A stretch of 63,325 nt of DNA, filler included, from Syncephalis fuscata S228 (GCA_025786725.1; 5 parts of 5 records of this genome joined end to end with filler, not necessarily neighbours in it); one strand, 5' to 3'. Shown: positions 10,302 to 22,557, counted from the whole stretch's first letter. The notes: a model not told the origin generated them from the sequence alone. A program made the numbers and translations.

Positions 10302-13300
10302 TTATTCTACTAAAGTATCCCATTCCTGAGGCGTAGCCGTTTGGATACCAAACCATGTAGCATAGTCAGCCAAACTCGAGTCATCAGTAACAAGAACGAC
10401 GCTGGCACTTAGGAGGGCGCGTACTTCTGAACTGCTTTGAGGCTTAACGCCCGCCTCTTGTAAGTACCACAAACAACAACCAAGAATAGGGCGGTGTTGG
10501 CGTGGTATCGCTTCCATGCTGCGTGGCCGCGTCGTTGTCGCTGCCGTTGCCAATTGAGCATAATCAATCACTGGTTCGGCCATGTCACCTATAAGCGTAT
10601 CTGCATTCTCTGCCGCACCATGCGTAGTGGCATAGATTTCCTTACTAATAGTGGCAAATACATCATTCTCCGCCGGGGCATGTTTATTTCCTATAGTGGT
10701 AGCCGCTGCATCTGCCGTCTCACTCGAAGCGAGCATAAATGGCTCTGCATCCTGCCAATGGTTTAGCTGATGACGTGCATCTTGTGTCAAAATAGCACTA
10801 TCATGTCGTAGCAAAGCCCGGTCCAGCATACGAATAACATCTCTTGCGGCGGTATTCTCCTTTTGGCTGCCTTTCTTAAGGTCATCCAGCTGTTCAATGA
10901 CTAAGTTTAAATCAGTATAGTACATCTAATTCAATGACCACTACATCGCTATGACTTACCATTAAGTGGCACCATAACACGACAAAGACGCTGTTGAAAC
11001 CAACGACGTATCAGCGTTTCATGCCACAACAACACACTGGTATCTACTACGGCGATACGCCGTCTACTATCTATATGCATCTCCCCTAAACTGGCTTGTA
11101 GACTATTGACCTGATCACGTAACCGTTCTGCAGCCAATGTTTGCATCCAGCGCTCTTTTTCCTTATTTTACATGATCGTTCGTTATTATTAATCATAGCT
11201 GCCTTTATTATATAACTTACTTTAATCCGCTCATTTCTCATTTGTAGTCCAGTTTGTGGTACCCATTCGACTTCGGTGAATTTCTAATAGCAATATTTGT
11301 TAATACACCTATTACGTTATTACTCGTTTAATCCATTAGCATACATTACAAGTAGCAAATATTTTTGCCGCATGAAGAATACGTGCTAATCGAGCTTTTG
11401 CCAATACTATGGGCGCTTTCCCATACTGTGAAGCATAATCAATCTTGGATTGTATAGCCCGCAATGGCTGTAATCCCCATAGCATCCAGTCTTCAGGTAA
11501 AGCACTGCTATTTACTGGCGAATTATCTAAGCTGATATCTACAGCTTTAAGCCATTTAACAAGCTCTTGGAAGAACGGTTCAAACTATAATTTAATTAAT
11601 TAATATTATTAAATACATTTATAGTACATCAACATACCATACTCTTCTGTTGAGTCTGATGCCGTGTAGAGCCTGCTTTAGAATGACCAGCCAATTGACC
11701 CATCAATTCTGTATGGCTAGTGCAAAAATCACACCAAACAACAATCGAAGCCGTCAATGGAGATGTCAGCCAGCGTATAACGACATCTTTTTTATTCTCG
11801 GCTGCTTTAGACCATTGTTGTTGCATCCAATCAAGTAACCGGGTCTGTAGTTGAATAACGAAATGACAAGCCATTTGTTGTGATTGCCGTATATCATTGA
11901 CCTTATCTACTTCAGTATTAACATTTTAATAATATTACTAACATTATTAGCACTATTTACCTTTGGATTTCATTAAATCTTGTTGTAAATACCAGATAGT
12001 AGTCAAACATACCGCCGAGATCTTGAATGGTATTTGTTGCTTTAATATATTGTTGTTGTTGTTGCTACTATTACTATTGCCTCTACCATTGACCAGCCCA
12101 TCAAGCCATTGATCCAAACAAGGTGTTGCAACATTAGACCAAGCAATCAGGGCCGCAGCTTTCGTCGAGGTATCCGTATCAATCATCGTACAATGATGTA
12201 AAATAAACGATTCGGTAAATGTTGAATTAATACTATATTGATCATTAGTTTACGCTTCACACTGGTCTATTCACCTACTCTGTATTACTAGATTCAAAAG
12301 TAATCTTATTCTGCTTGAGTTTAGTATAGAATGCATAGAGATTCTCACGTGCATTGATTGATGGCTTTAAGGTGGCCAGACTATATTATACCGATATAAG
12401 CTACAGACTTGTTTATATACATTTACATTCACTATTACCTGAGACAGTTCCAGTAAATGACATCCATCCAATGACCTCGACTATTGGCTACAATTGATAG
12501 TTGGCCATAGGCTTTACCTTTCAATACAATCATTACCATTAGACTTCTAGTAAAACCATGCTAACCACTCAAATCATCTTACCACGGTCGGGTGCACACC
12601 AAGCCGCTTGAGTATACCACGTTTCCACTTCATGCCACATGTATTGAAAGTCATTTGGAGACAATGCTGTGTTATCTTCAAATAGATCAAGTCGGTAACG
12701 TCCTAAATCACCGATATAGATGTAGCATTGCTGTATACAGTTGGCATAACTATCTAGTCGGTTGTATTTGCGAGTATCTCCTTGTAATCGTTCTATTATC
12801 CATATAATTATATAAGCCATCATTTAAATAGACAACTAACATCGTCTTACTTAAACCAAGCTCGTGTAACGGCACATTCATTTGTCGGCGTACATGCTCA
12901 ACTAGCCATGCATAAAAACCACTGGCCTCATCCAATAAATCACTTAATTGACTATAACAGCTTTTGCCCTTCGATGTCATTGACTCTTGATTACGGCGAT
13001 ACTAATCATCATTTAAATTAACACTAAATAGCCACATTGATCAAATACTTACCCGATGTACTTTACGACGCAATACTTCAATTCGTCGATAATAAGCATG
13101 GTTCCATAAGCGCTCATCAACATTCTCCTGTAAGCTTAGATTGATATCTACCAACAGTAACTCCTCGGCGGTCTCTAAATAACTATCGTTGAAACGAATA
13201 AACAAACGTCATATCCACTCGACTATCTGTTACAAACCTTTGAATTTGATCTTGATATTGTGTTTCAGGAACATCGGAGCGCCCTTCTGGACGGGCAGAC

Positions 13301-13460
13301 ACTCCATCTTGTGGCAGTCGGGCTCGCTGATGCGCCTCCTTCACCAATTGCTCCTGTTGTTGGAATAGTCTACACCGTCATCTCCACAGTTTACAATAGG
13401 TTCATAGCATATATGACTATACTAGTACCTTAATAGACGTTGTGACTCCTCAGATGGCAT
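10302..13460 (-). CDS. SMG5: SMG5-like nonsense-mediated decay factor (Est1/14-3-3-like N-terminus plus PIN domain), multi-exon
   Basis: N-terminal Est1-type motifs: LWNHAYYRRIE, IYIGDLGRYR, WYTQAAWCAPDRG, LPED. The C-terminal MQTLAAERLRDQVNSLQ...VVDTSVLL...VIEQLDDLKKG...ARDVIRMLD...LVTDD parallels the SMG5 PIN region. Introns are GT-AG. Confidence 0.75.
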
Positions 13461-13650
13461 GCTATCTACGCCTTTTCATAGCATGTAAATACAAAGATGG
13501 TAACAATACTACTACGAATACTACGAATACTAGGACAATTAGGGAATGAAAATAGTTGGTTTTTACGCATTTAATAAACAGCCAGTGGTCTTTTCTTGAA
13601 TCTCCACCGTACTTCTTAATTTATTACAAAAATTGCAAACTCTTAAGACT

Positions 13651-14395
13651 ATGGATAGCTTTAGAATCAGTCTACGACCCAAGCATCCAGGTGTACAGCC
13701 TCAACTACATCATTTACCGTGCTCTATTGATCATCATGGTTCGGCTAACGTCAATATCTTCTTCTGTCCCGAGTTGAAATCTACTACTGAAACAGACGGT
13801 AAATCATTGATTTATTAAGCATATGCCTATTAATAGCGATAACACAGAATGGCAGGCATCATTGCGAGGTAGAGCACTTGTGGGTCGAACTATATCGGTG
13901 CCTACTGGATATGAAGGTCATTAACTCGTAGTGTGTGTGTGTGTGTGTCGGTAACTCAACTAACCAAGCAATAACATAATGTAGGTCTAATATTGGAAGA
14001 ATGTCATACCGCATCTACGACTAGGCCAGCCACCGATGCTTTTATGGATAACGAGTCAAGTGAACTAGGCAGTTTAGAGGAACAGTTGCAATCGGCTACG
14101 TTAAGATATCAAACACAGAGTACATTTGAACAATGGACACGGTGGCGCCATGATTATGCTCCAGAGACAACGTCTGGTCCATGGATGCAAGCGTTAGAAT
14201 GGGCAAAACTAAGTGAATTAGTAAGTTATAGCTATTTAATAGCTAATGTAATAAACTAAATGCTCTATCTATTACTAGATACATATGGATACACCACAAG
14301 AAGACAGTACAAATAACGAGGAAATACATAAACGTAAACGAGATGATAGTCTAATGGTGGATACACCCAGTATCAGTCGAGTTCGTATAGAATAA
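13651..14395 (+). CDS. RNH203: Ribonuclease H2 subunit C, 4 exons
   Basis: LHHLPCSIDHHGSANV..FF, ASLRGRALVG..ISVPTGYEG, FEQWTRWRHD, ALEWAKLSELIH; GT-AG introns. Confidence 0.88.
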
Positions 14396-14430
14396 AGTGT
14401 ATTTATTATAATGACTATAATATGTGATTA

Positions 14431-15354
14431 TTAAGGACGTTTTGGTACAATAGTGGTATTTAATTTACGATGACGTCGATCGTGTAAAGCGTATTTACGT
14501 CGTATTCGTTGCATTTCCATACGTCGTCCTTGTTCTGTTTGTGTGCGTTGATCTTTTGAAAGTGTATTTACGGTGGCAGATGTGGCTATTTCTTTACTTT
14601 TATTTGCATCGTTACACTGAAGAGATATAGCGTTATTTTCACGTAAAACACATACTTGACAACTGCCCCATCCTTTGTATGGATCGTGAATATGTACTTC
14701 GAATAGAGTGCTGCCCACTTGAATACAATCACTATGATTTAAACGTCGTGGTTGACTACTTTTTCGTGAGTCAGATAAACGCTCGTTATTAATAAATGTA
14801 CCATGCATTGATCCGCAATCCACAATCCAGTAGGGACAACAGTAAGATCTTGTCATAGATGGTGTATCTAGATGAGAAGTGCCAGTACTAAGTGATTTCG
14901 CTGTTACATCATCATTATCCTCGCTATTTATCTTGCTCAATACGCTTTCTACTGGTATTTCTCCTTCTTCGCTATCGTCAAGCTCAGCGTACTTGGATGG
15001 TTTATCCACTTGTAAATCGGTCTTTTTAGATTCGGTAGAGCTGTAGTAGATCCTGGCGTGGTATTTAGATACTTGTAATTCCCGTAGACGAAGTCGATGG
15101 CCAGGTCCTCGATCCCGTGCCATAATAACTCCACTAGCATCTACAATAACTACACCGCCCACTTGCAATACATCGGATTCACGTACGACAAGTCGGATTG
15201 TATCATTCTCTGTAGGTTCAGACCATGGGCTATTCTGCTGTGCAGATGATACTGAATGATATTCACCAGTATCTTGATCATATTGTAGCCAAATATTTGT
15301 CTGACGATCGTACCAATAGCCAGACTCAGTACACCATACATAGCGATCCTCCAT
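14431..15354 (-). CDS. AGGF1-like OCRE + FHA domain protein (no G-patch visible); start codon uncertain
   Basis: OCRE-type aromatic repeat YVWCTESGYWYDRQTNIWLQYDQDTGEY. FHA motifs VSKYHARI, DCGSMHGTFINNERL, LNHSDCIQVGST. C-terminal RRMEMQRIRRKYAL. Confidence 0.75.
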   Translation of the reverse strand: MEDRYVWCTESGYWYDRQTNIWLQYDQDTGEYHSVSSAQQNSPWSEPTENDTIRLVVRESDVLQVGGVVIVDASGVIMARDRGPGHRLRLRELQVSKYHARIYYSSTESKKTDLQVDKPSKYAELDDSEEGEIPVESVLSKINSEDNDDVTAKSLSTGTSHLDTPSMTRSYCCPYWIVDCGSMHGTFINNERLSDSRKSSQPRRLNHSDCIQVGSTLFEVHIHDPYKGWGSCQVCVLRENNAISLQCNDANKSKEIATSATVNTLSKDQRTQTEQGRRMEMQRIRRKYALHDRRHRKLNTTIVPKRP

Positions 15355-15990
15355 GGCTGTAGTTGATAATTGGTCTTGTTGAGTAGTAAATGAGCCTGAA
15401 TAGCTATTATTTTTATTTGAACGACTATAATCGCTTGTAGATTTGAGTTTATTGGCTAGACTATTATAGATTATTGAGTTGGTTGACGCATATTGCTCGG
15501 TCAGTGCTTCCGAAAAAGAATGGGCAATTAAATATACTATTTGTTTATATAGATCTAGGCATAGATATATAAACACTAGTTAATCTTATTATTTGGCTGT
15601 ATGATAGTGATTGCAGTAAGCATAATAAACAGATTATAGATAATACAGTAACAATGAGTAAAATATATAAAGAAAATAAAAAGGTGCAAGCTGAGCCCGC
15701 AATATTTATATTAGTTAAAGCATCGGTGATATGATTAGATCTGACCATAGTAATTCTTAAAAGTGATCACTTTTTATATTAAAGTACAAAAAGATTGTAA
15801 ATTGCTTTTTATTCTATAGATACTGACAAAACGAACAATAAGACTATATCGATTAAATATTATTGATTTAGTCATAGAAAGCGTACAAAAATCACGTTGT
15901 TTGATTTAGCAATAAAAAGCTTGAAAACACAAAGCAAATCTTGTTAGATGATTATAGTAAATAAAGCAGGGGGCTTTTGTATAGCAATTA

Positions 15991-17229
15991 TTAATGGCGT
16001 TCTACAAAAGTTATACTATTAGTTGTTGACCCACGAATTTCATAACTAGAATTATTGAGTGCGGCCGAGTTTGCACCAGTGCTATTACTTTGCCATGCAC
16101 TTGTATTGTGGCTACCATTACTTGTCGCAAATGGTACTGGTTTAAACTGTGCGTCTATTGCTTGTTCTTCACATCTACTAGCGTCTTTTCTTCTATTGAT
16201 GTTGCTGTTGATAGTATTAGGATTGCTAAGTGGTATGTGTGAGGAGCCAGACATGGTTTTTTTGCCAGTCATCTGGTTGCATGAACTGCGTAAAATAAAC
16301 GCAAACACAATGCATTCGACCAGACTATAAATCAGTACTTGTCGCAGTAACATATCTCCTAGGTCAATCCATTCAAATTTATGCGGATAAAGCGTCAGAA
16401 AGTGCTTCATGATTGAAAGTAAAATATTGGCCAAGGGCAGACAAAGTACGGCCAAAAAGATGTTGCGAAAGTTACGGGCAGTTCTCTTTTCCTTTTCTTG
16501 CACATCGTCGCTTTTGGGAATACAAAGCGTATGGGCCCGTATAATACGATAAAACCCATAGCAATAGTATCCGCAAATACAAAGCATAAACAAATAGTTG
16601 ATAAAGGAAGCTGCAGAGAGAATAGCGTTGTTTTGACCAGTAAAGGGATTGCGGCCATTTACAGTATCCACAACAACAACAATGCCTATAGCCAGTGTGA
16701 ATACAAACCACACTGTAGTATAAATGATATTGCCTATATAAATACTGCGTATTGAAGGTATATAGAGCAGATAGTCTGTGTGGAGTGAAATTGTTTTAGA
16801 CGATGTCGCCCTTCGGCTAAACGCCGATGGAATATGTATAATAATGCCTATGACAAACTGTAGAATAGTTATACGGGCCAATACGGTAGCCAATAGGTAG
16901 ATAATTTCATAGGCCATAAGGCTTGATGTTCCGTAGATGAAGATGATACCATATGCTGCAGCGCGGAGTATTTTCTCAATAAACCATCCAATTAATAGCG
17001 CATCTACTGGTTTGGGCATCCAGTAATCGTCGAGACGGCGATAAAGCGAGGTGAGAAGCCCATGGTACAAACGATAGCCGATCACCACAGTGGCCAAAAC
17101 CGCCGATATAATTACACTGGCAAAACATACGATGAGCACTTGGTGCAACAAATCCTCCTGGGCACAGACATAGCCGCTTACAGTGACGAGGCAGCGTTTG
17201 TTGCTGCTAGCATCGCCAGATCTATCCAT
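15991..17229 (-). CDS. Intronless multi-pass (about 7 TM) membrane protein, GPCR-like topology
   Basis: 412 aa with about seven hydrophobic segments, a Cys pair in the short N-terminus, a charged loop (DDVQEKEKRTARNFR) before TM6 and a Ser/Asn-rich C-terminal tail. Confidence 0.65.
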   Translation of the reverse strand: MDRSGDASSNKRCLVTVSGYVCAQEDLLHQVLIVCFASVIISAVLATVVIGYRLYHGLLTSLYRRLDDYWMPKPVDALLIGWFIEKILRAAAYGIIFIYGTSSLMAYEIIYLLATVLARITILQFVIGIIIHIPSAFSRRATSSKTISLHTDYLLYIPSIRSIYIGNIIYTTVWFVFTLAIGIVVVVDTVNGRNPFTGQNNAILSAASFINYLFMLCICGYYCYGFYRIIRAHTLCIPKSDDVQEKEKRTARNFRNIFLAVLCLPLANILLSIMKHFLTLYPHKFEWIDLGDMLLRQVLIYSLVECIVFAFILRSSCNQMTGKKTMSGSSHIPLSNPNTINSNINRRKDASRCEEQAIDAQFKPVPFATSNGSHNTSAWQSNSTGANSAALNNSSYEIRGSTTNSITFVERH

Positions 17230-17892
17230 TTTTACAATTAAAGTGTTGTACTAGGTGTAAATACGAGTGTTATATTTATAATTGACGAAGTAATAAAACA
17301 GAAGAGGAGAAAGCTACTGGCTTTTAATCTATACATGGATCAATGTTGCTTTAGGCAAAGATGCCCCAGAGTTGCATGTTCTCGAAAGCAAACCGGTTTT
17401 ATACAGCAAAACTGAGTGACTTTTAGTGTCACGCGGTTATTTTTTAATGGCAGTTTGCCATATCAGCACATTTATTGAAAGTTGTAACATCAATTTAAGA
17501 TGCATAGCCAACCAAGTAATAAAGTGTCTGCAAATACTGATCAAAGACTTGCTAGAATTTTAAATCCGAAAAAGGAAATACATAAAATGTACAAAACTTA
17601 CTAGCTCAGTCGTCAATTGCCTGTTAATTTATAGTAAATTTAACGTGGTATATTTGCGTTTTCTATTTACCCTCCTGTTTCATTTACCGCCAATATACCA
17701 GTATGGCAATAGACTATTGTATTCAATTGGATGCTACAAGCAAGCACGTGGCTTAAAACAAATAAAGCAGTTATAAATAAAACGGTTCAGTACTACGTGC
17801 CCATTCAATTTATTTATTTTTGCTTTATGATTTAGTGTTTTCAGCTTCACTATATATTATCCATTATACACGTTTAGTTTCGATTTGTTAAA

Positions 17893-19989
17893 ATGCAGCC
17901 ATCGCAATTACTTATGGCAATTGTAGCATTTAATGCCCAAACTATTCTAGCATTAACGACCCCCTCACTATCTAGTAATGGTTCTACTTCACCTAGCACT
18001 AGCAATAAATCGCCTAATATAAGCAGTGGTGCTCTACACTCCAATACAAACAGCGAACGTCATTACCAGCACAAAAGGCGCCATCTAGATCCTCCTCCTC
18101 CCGTTATTCGTAAAACTAAAGAAGGTCCCATAGTTTTTGCGGAAAATTTAAATCTATTTCTGCATCCTCCATCGTTTCATGATATTACTGGAGTCAGTGC
18201 ACTTCATCAGAAAAACGTAAATGGAAATGGTATCCGAATTGGCATCCTAGACAGTGGTGTCAATTATAGACACGAAGCACTTGGTGGCTGTTTTGGCTAC
18301 GACGGATGCAAAGTTCGCTTTGGCCATGATTTTGTCGGTGACGATTACAATAGCCAAAATCTTCCAAAAGAAAAAGATGATCCCATAGGCCAGCCTTGTA
18401 ATGGACATGGCACCAAGGTTGCCGGTATCATTGCTGGAGAAACTGGCACATTTGTTGGTGTTGCACACAAAGCTATCCTTGGTGCATATCGTATTTCTAA
18501 CTGTTACAGAGTCGCAGATATATTGATTATAGAAAAAGCGTTTGCGATGGCCATTCATGATCAAATGGATGTTATCAATTTCTCCTTTGCTACTCCAACG
18601 CTAAATATGGCTGCATATGATAAGATTGTAAAAGATGCAGCTGAACACGCTGTTACTGTAATAGTGTCAGCAGGAAACGCACCACCTTATAATATGTGGC
18701 AAATGCGTGCTCCATCTATTATAAACAGCTTTATATCTGTTGGTAGTGCAAACATACCAATGGTAGGCATGCGTTGGTTCACAGCTGCGGTCAGCGGTGG
18801 AAAGCTTGCGCGTATTCGATATACAACACCGTGTATGAGCACAACGCACATCTTCACAGTTAATCAAGCGATGATGCCCACTATCTCTGACGACAGTAAA
18901 TGTCAAATAACTGGTGATGTGAGCGGAAAGATGCTTTTTATTCCAAAATACAAGTGCACCAGACGTATTTTACTCGATGTGGCTCGCGGAATGAGAGCTA
19001 CAGGAATTATAACCGTCAATGCTAACGAGAAGCCAGGCAAGAGCTATTGTGATATTCCTTTTTTTGCCATTAGTCCTATTGATATGGACGCTTTGGTCGA
19101 TAGTCTGCAACATGGCCAGCTAGGACAATTAATTTTTGATAATAAATTCGACTACTATCCACAGATAGAAGACATTCGTCCAGCAGACCATTCGATATGG
19201 GGACCATCCCATCAACTTACTCTAAATACCGATGTTACAGCTCCCGGTGAAAATGCTTTTACAGCATCGGCTTTGGGGGAAGATCGCTACGAGTATATGA
19301 CAGGCACTTCTGCTGCAGCACCTTATGTTGCCGGAATAGCTGCTCTTTATATACAAAAGCATGGCAAGAGTTCTACGGCTCCAGAAATTTTAAAAGACCT
19401 ACTTATCCATACAGCATCTCCTCTAAAATCGGATACCAACGGACTTTATGCATCAGTAGCGCATCAAGGCGCTGGTTTAGTCAACGCCTTAAAAGCTGTT
19501 AATGTCGAGCTATATATAGGTCAATCGCTTCTTACTCTTTGGGACACACAAGTTAGGCAAACGGGCATGGCTTCAGATATACAAACAATCACCATATACA
19601 ATAATAGACCCACTTCAGAGACATACAGGCTATATCATTTGCCTGCAGTCTCTGCCCACGGCTTTGACATAAATGGCAACCCTTTAGATCGCCCAGAAAC
19701 TAGCACACAGGTGGCGCAAGTCCTATTTCCACCACATAAAATTGCAGTAGACTCATATTCTAGCAAAGATGTGAATATTCGTATAGTTGCACCTTCTTCG
19801 CTACCTCCAGCTAGCCATTGGGTATACTCTGGCTATATCAAGGTTATTGGTACTAGCACTGGACCTAATTCTAATGCTTTAACATGTCAAACTCCTTACA
19901 TTGGCGTTGTAGGTGATTTAAAAATAGTTGGACCTTTTGTTGTAAATCAAGCTTTAAAAATTAACCATCAAATGCATTTAATGCCATAA
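17893..19989 (+). CDS. Secreted subtilisin-like serine protease (S8) with PA-type insert and C-terminal Fn3-like domain
   Basis: Signal peptide; catalytic motifs GILDSG, GHGTKVAG, SAGN (oxyanion Asn) and GTSAAAPYVAG; SVAHQGAGLVNA; YSGYI. Confidence 0.93.
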   Translation: MQPSQLLMAIVAFNAQTILALTTPSLSSNGSTSPSTSNKSPNISSGALHSNTNSERHYQHKRRHLDPPPPVIRKTKEGPIVFAENLNLFLHPPSFHDITGVSALHQKNVNGNGIRIGILDSGVNYRHEALGGCFGYDGCKVRFGHDFVGDDYNSQNLPKEKDDPIGQPCNGHGTKVAGIIAGETGTFVGVAHKAILGAYRISNCYRVADILIIEKAFAMAIHDQMDVINFSFATPTLNMAAYDKIVKDAAEHAVTVIVSAGNAPPYNMWQMRAPSIINSFISVGSANIPMVGMRWFTAAVSGGKLARIRYTTPCMSTTHIFTVNQAMMPTISDDSKCQITGDVSGKMLFIPKYKCTRRILLDVARGMRATGIITVNANEKPGKSYCDIPFFAISPIDMDALVDSLQHGQLGQLIFDNKFDYYPQIEDIRPADHSIWGPSHQLTLNTDVTAPGENAFTASALGEDRYEYMTGTSAAAPYVAGIAALYIQKHGKSSTAPEILKDLLIHTASPLKSDTNGLYASVAHQGAGLVNALKAVNVELYIGQSLLTLWDTQVRQTGMASDIQTITIYNNRPTSETYRLYHLPAVSAHGFDINGNPLDRPETSTQVAQVLFPPHKIAVDSYSSKDVNIRIVAPSSLPPASHWVYSGYIKVIGTSTGPNSNALTCQTPYIGVVGDLKIVGPFVVNQALKINHQMHLMP

Positions 19990-21059
19990 ATACATAAACA
20001 TTATTAAAGTTTACAGTAGCAAAACACCAAAAACATCCATTGTATAGCAAACATGTATAATTAATACCATAAGCATAATGTAAAATGTACCTTTTATCAT
20101 CGTTTTGATTATTAAATTTAATATTTTACCAATTATTTTTATTTATAGTATTTTATTTATTTAATAATTTTATTTATGCTTATTTAAAAACAAGGCATTT
20201 TCAAAACTCCCTATTAATTTAATTATAGGTAAAAATAATATCGACTTTACTAAGCGCAATACTAGCTATTGGTGCCATTAAATCATTTATGTTTACACAA
20301 GTATATGATTGCTTAACAAATCTAAAATTGTATTTGTTTTTTTAAAATATATATTTTTAATTTATTATTTACGCTCTATAACACCCGTTTCTTGTCGTCA
20401 ATACATTCCATGTACAATTTTGCTACTACTCAGCTAATATTAGAAACGGAATATAGTGGAATTCCTATAAATACCCTGCTGTTGGTCTGCTTAGCACGAC
20501 ACCAAAAACCAGTATAGGAATTTGTATAATCGAAGCTACAGCTGGGTAATCAAACGTGCTGGCTAATGTCGCGAACACGCTGCTTCACGGCTACTCCAGT
20601 GAAATACATACGTCCAGCACTTGCAAATTACAACTTGTGTGCCTAGCCTTCTACCATGGTTAGCACCATGTTATGCAGAACTAAATACGTGTCCGTTAGA
20701 ATTGACAAAAAAGTTTGACACAAAAACTAAACGACAAAGCAAGGAGCAGCACCATTTTATTCAACGCAATGATAGCACTGTATTTCAAAATACAAAAGCT
20801 GGCGATTTGTTAAATAGCACCTCTTGCTGTTTGTGGAGAAAAAAATTGTCTAGAAAATCAGTATTTAGCTATAATCATCAATGGTTGTATGACCAGCAAT
20901 CGACAAGATGCTGGAATCGCACCATGTCCACGCTATCTCATGATACACTGAGCAAAAAAACCGACATTCATACACCAACATCTAATGAGCAAACGAAAAG
21001 CAAAAATACAACACCTGCAACAAACAAAAATTCCAAACAAGATGGATGGAAATATGAAT

Positions 21060-21159
21060 NNNNNNNNNNNNNNNNNNNNNNNNNNNNNNNNNNNNNNNNN
21101 NNNTTAATTAATTAANNNNNNNNNNNNNNNNNNNNNNNNNNNNNNNNNNNNNNNNNNNN
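21060..21159. other. Artificial contig-joining linker (N44-TTAATTAATTAA-N44)
   Basis: 100-bp N spacer carrying stops in all six frames, identical at all four sites. Confidence 0.97.
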
Positions 21160-21723
21160 CTGAGTGTCCAGATGGAAAGCTTTTCATACCATCATATAGA
21201 ATTTTCATATCAGTCTGCGTACATAAACCAATGGTTGATAGTTGCATAAATGGATCTGTCGCACCTGATGGAGGCTGACAACGGGCAAGAAAATCCGGGC
21301 GAGGTCGGCCAATAAAGTTTTTAAATATGTGCACAAATAATACACTGCTAGATAGAGCCATTCCAAGGCCAAGATAGGCTTGGTGCATATCGTAGGAATT
21401 ACGACGAATACCCAAAGCTACTGCCGTTACTAACACGATTGGTACTATTGTGCTAATAACCTATAATAGTGACTATAACGGTCAGGTATGCATTATGGCA
21501 AAATTCATCCGGTTATACTTACTATCAACTGGTTCGATGATACGGTGCCATGTTTTGCCATTGGGAATTGGATTGTTGGGTCGGCAAGTGAGAAGCGACG
21601 GTGAAATGCAGGCGCCAAGTCCAAGAGAAAGGCGACGCCAAACATAATGACCACCATAAGCCAGTCGACCATACGGAGCCATACTAGGCGACGGTAAGGG
21701 CGTAGCTGGCGCGGTAGAAGCAT
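21160..21723 (-). CDS. PAP2-family lipid phosphate phosphatase (DPP1/LPP1-like), 5' part, truncated at contig edge
   Basis: PAFHRRFSLADPTIQFP, motif C1 KNFIGRPRPDFLARC, motif C2 SFPSGHS. Confidence 0.88.
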
Positions 21724-22255
21724 GCTAATGGTTATTGCAATTGCGTAGAGGTCAAAGGGGAATAAAATAAAAGGAAGCGATGGAGTTTGGCATAGTAATA
21801 ATAGCGATGGCCATAACAGCAAATATTACTTGAAACAGTTTGTAGAACAAAAAACATGCCTTTGCAGAATATAAACTCAGATAGCAATCAGAAGCGCTGA
21901 CGATTTAGTTTAGCAATAATAGCATGCTTTAGTATATACAAATGCCAATTAACTAATAAACAGCATTTGTATTAGTGAATAAAGCATCGAGTAGCTACTA
22001 AATTGATATACTAGTATTAAATATAGATATAGATAGTTTGAAAATGAAATATTTTAATAACCAATTATGATAATGAATAATATATTTTAGTAAATAAAAT
22101 AGCTTTCTTATTCAGCTTATTAAACTGGGCATTCGTTCTATTGAATATGGAGACGGTGGTAAGTTTTATTAATGATCAAATTATCACATTATATTATAAT
22201 TTAATGATTAAATGACTATATTGAATACCATTTATTTTATTGAACTAAATATTTG

Positions 22256-22557
22256 GATTTGGATTTATTAGCTTAAGTGAGACAACGGTCCGTAGGACCT
22301 AACCGCGCATTTGCAGCATTTGTCTGCCACCCCTAGGAGAATAGACGGTTCATTTCGAACCTATCCGCGCGCAACGCAGAACCTGCCATCTACAACTGAA
22401 ACCGTTGGTGGCTCTCCTCACGTGTTGGAATATCGACCATTTCTTCTACGGAAGGATCCCATCACGCATTTCCTGAAAACAAGATTCGAACTAGGCGAAC
22501 CAACATTTTCCTACTTTAGGGAAGACGCGTTGACCGTTTAGGCCACCACGCCTCCCC
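22256..22557 (-). mobile_element. tRNA-derived SINE with 23-bp target-site duplication
   Basis: GC-rich island in AT-rich DNA. Minus-strand A box TGGCCTAAACGG (22534-22545) and B box GTTCGAATC (22483-22491), a 3' hairpin GGTCC-TAC-GGACC (22287-22299) and an AAATCC-repeat tail. Flanked by TATTTTATTGAACTAAATATTTG at 22233-22255 and 22558-22580. Confidence 0.85.

Noticed and set aside
20400-21059. ORF 20621 at the contig end
   Set aside because: It starts at TTG, has no recognisable motif and sits at a possibly low-quality contig edge, so it cannot be assigned.
21060-21159. TTAATTAATTAA palindrome repeated four times between N runs
   Set aside because: It is an artificial six-frame-stop linker used to concatenate contigs. 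Gene neighbourhoods across it were ignored.
22470-22557. Functional tRNA gene
   Set aside because: A and B boxes are present, but no canonical acceptor stem closes after the T arm. The sequence continues into a 200-bp body and is bounded by a TSD, which fits a SINE.
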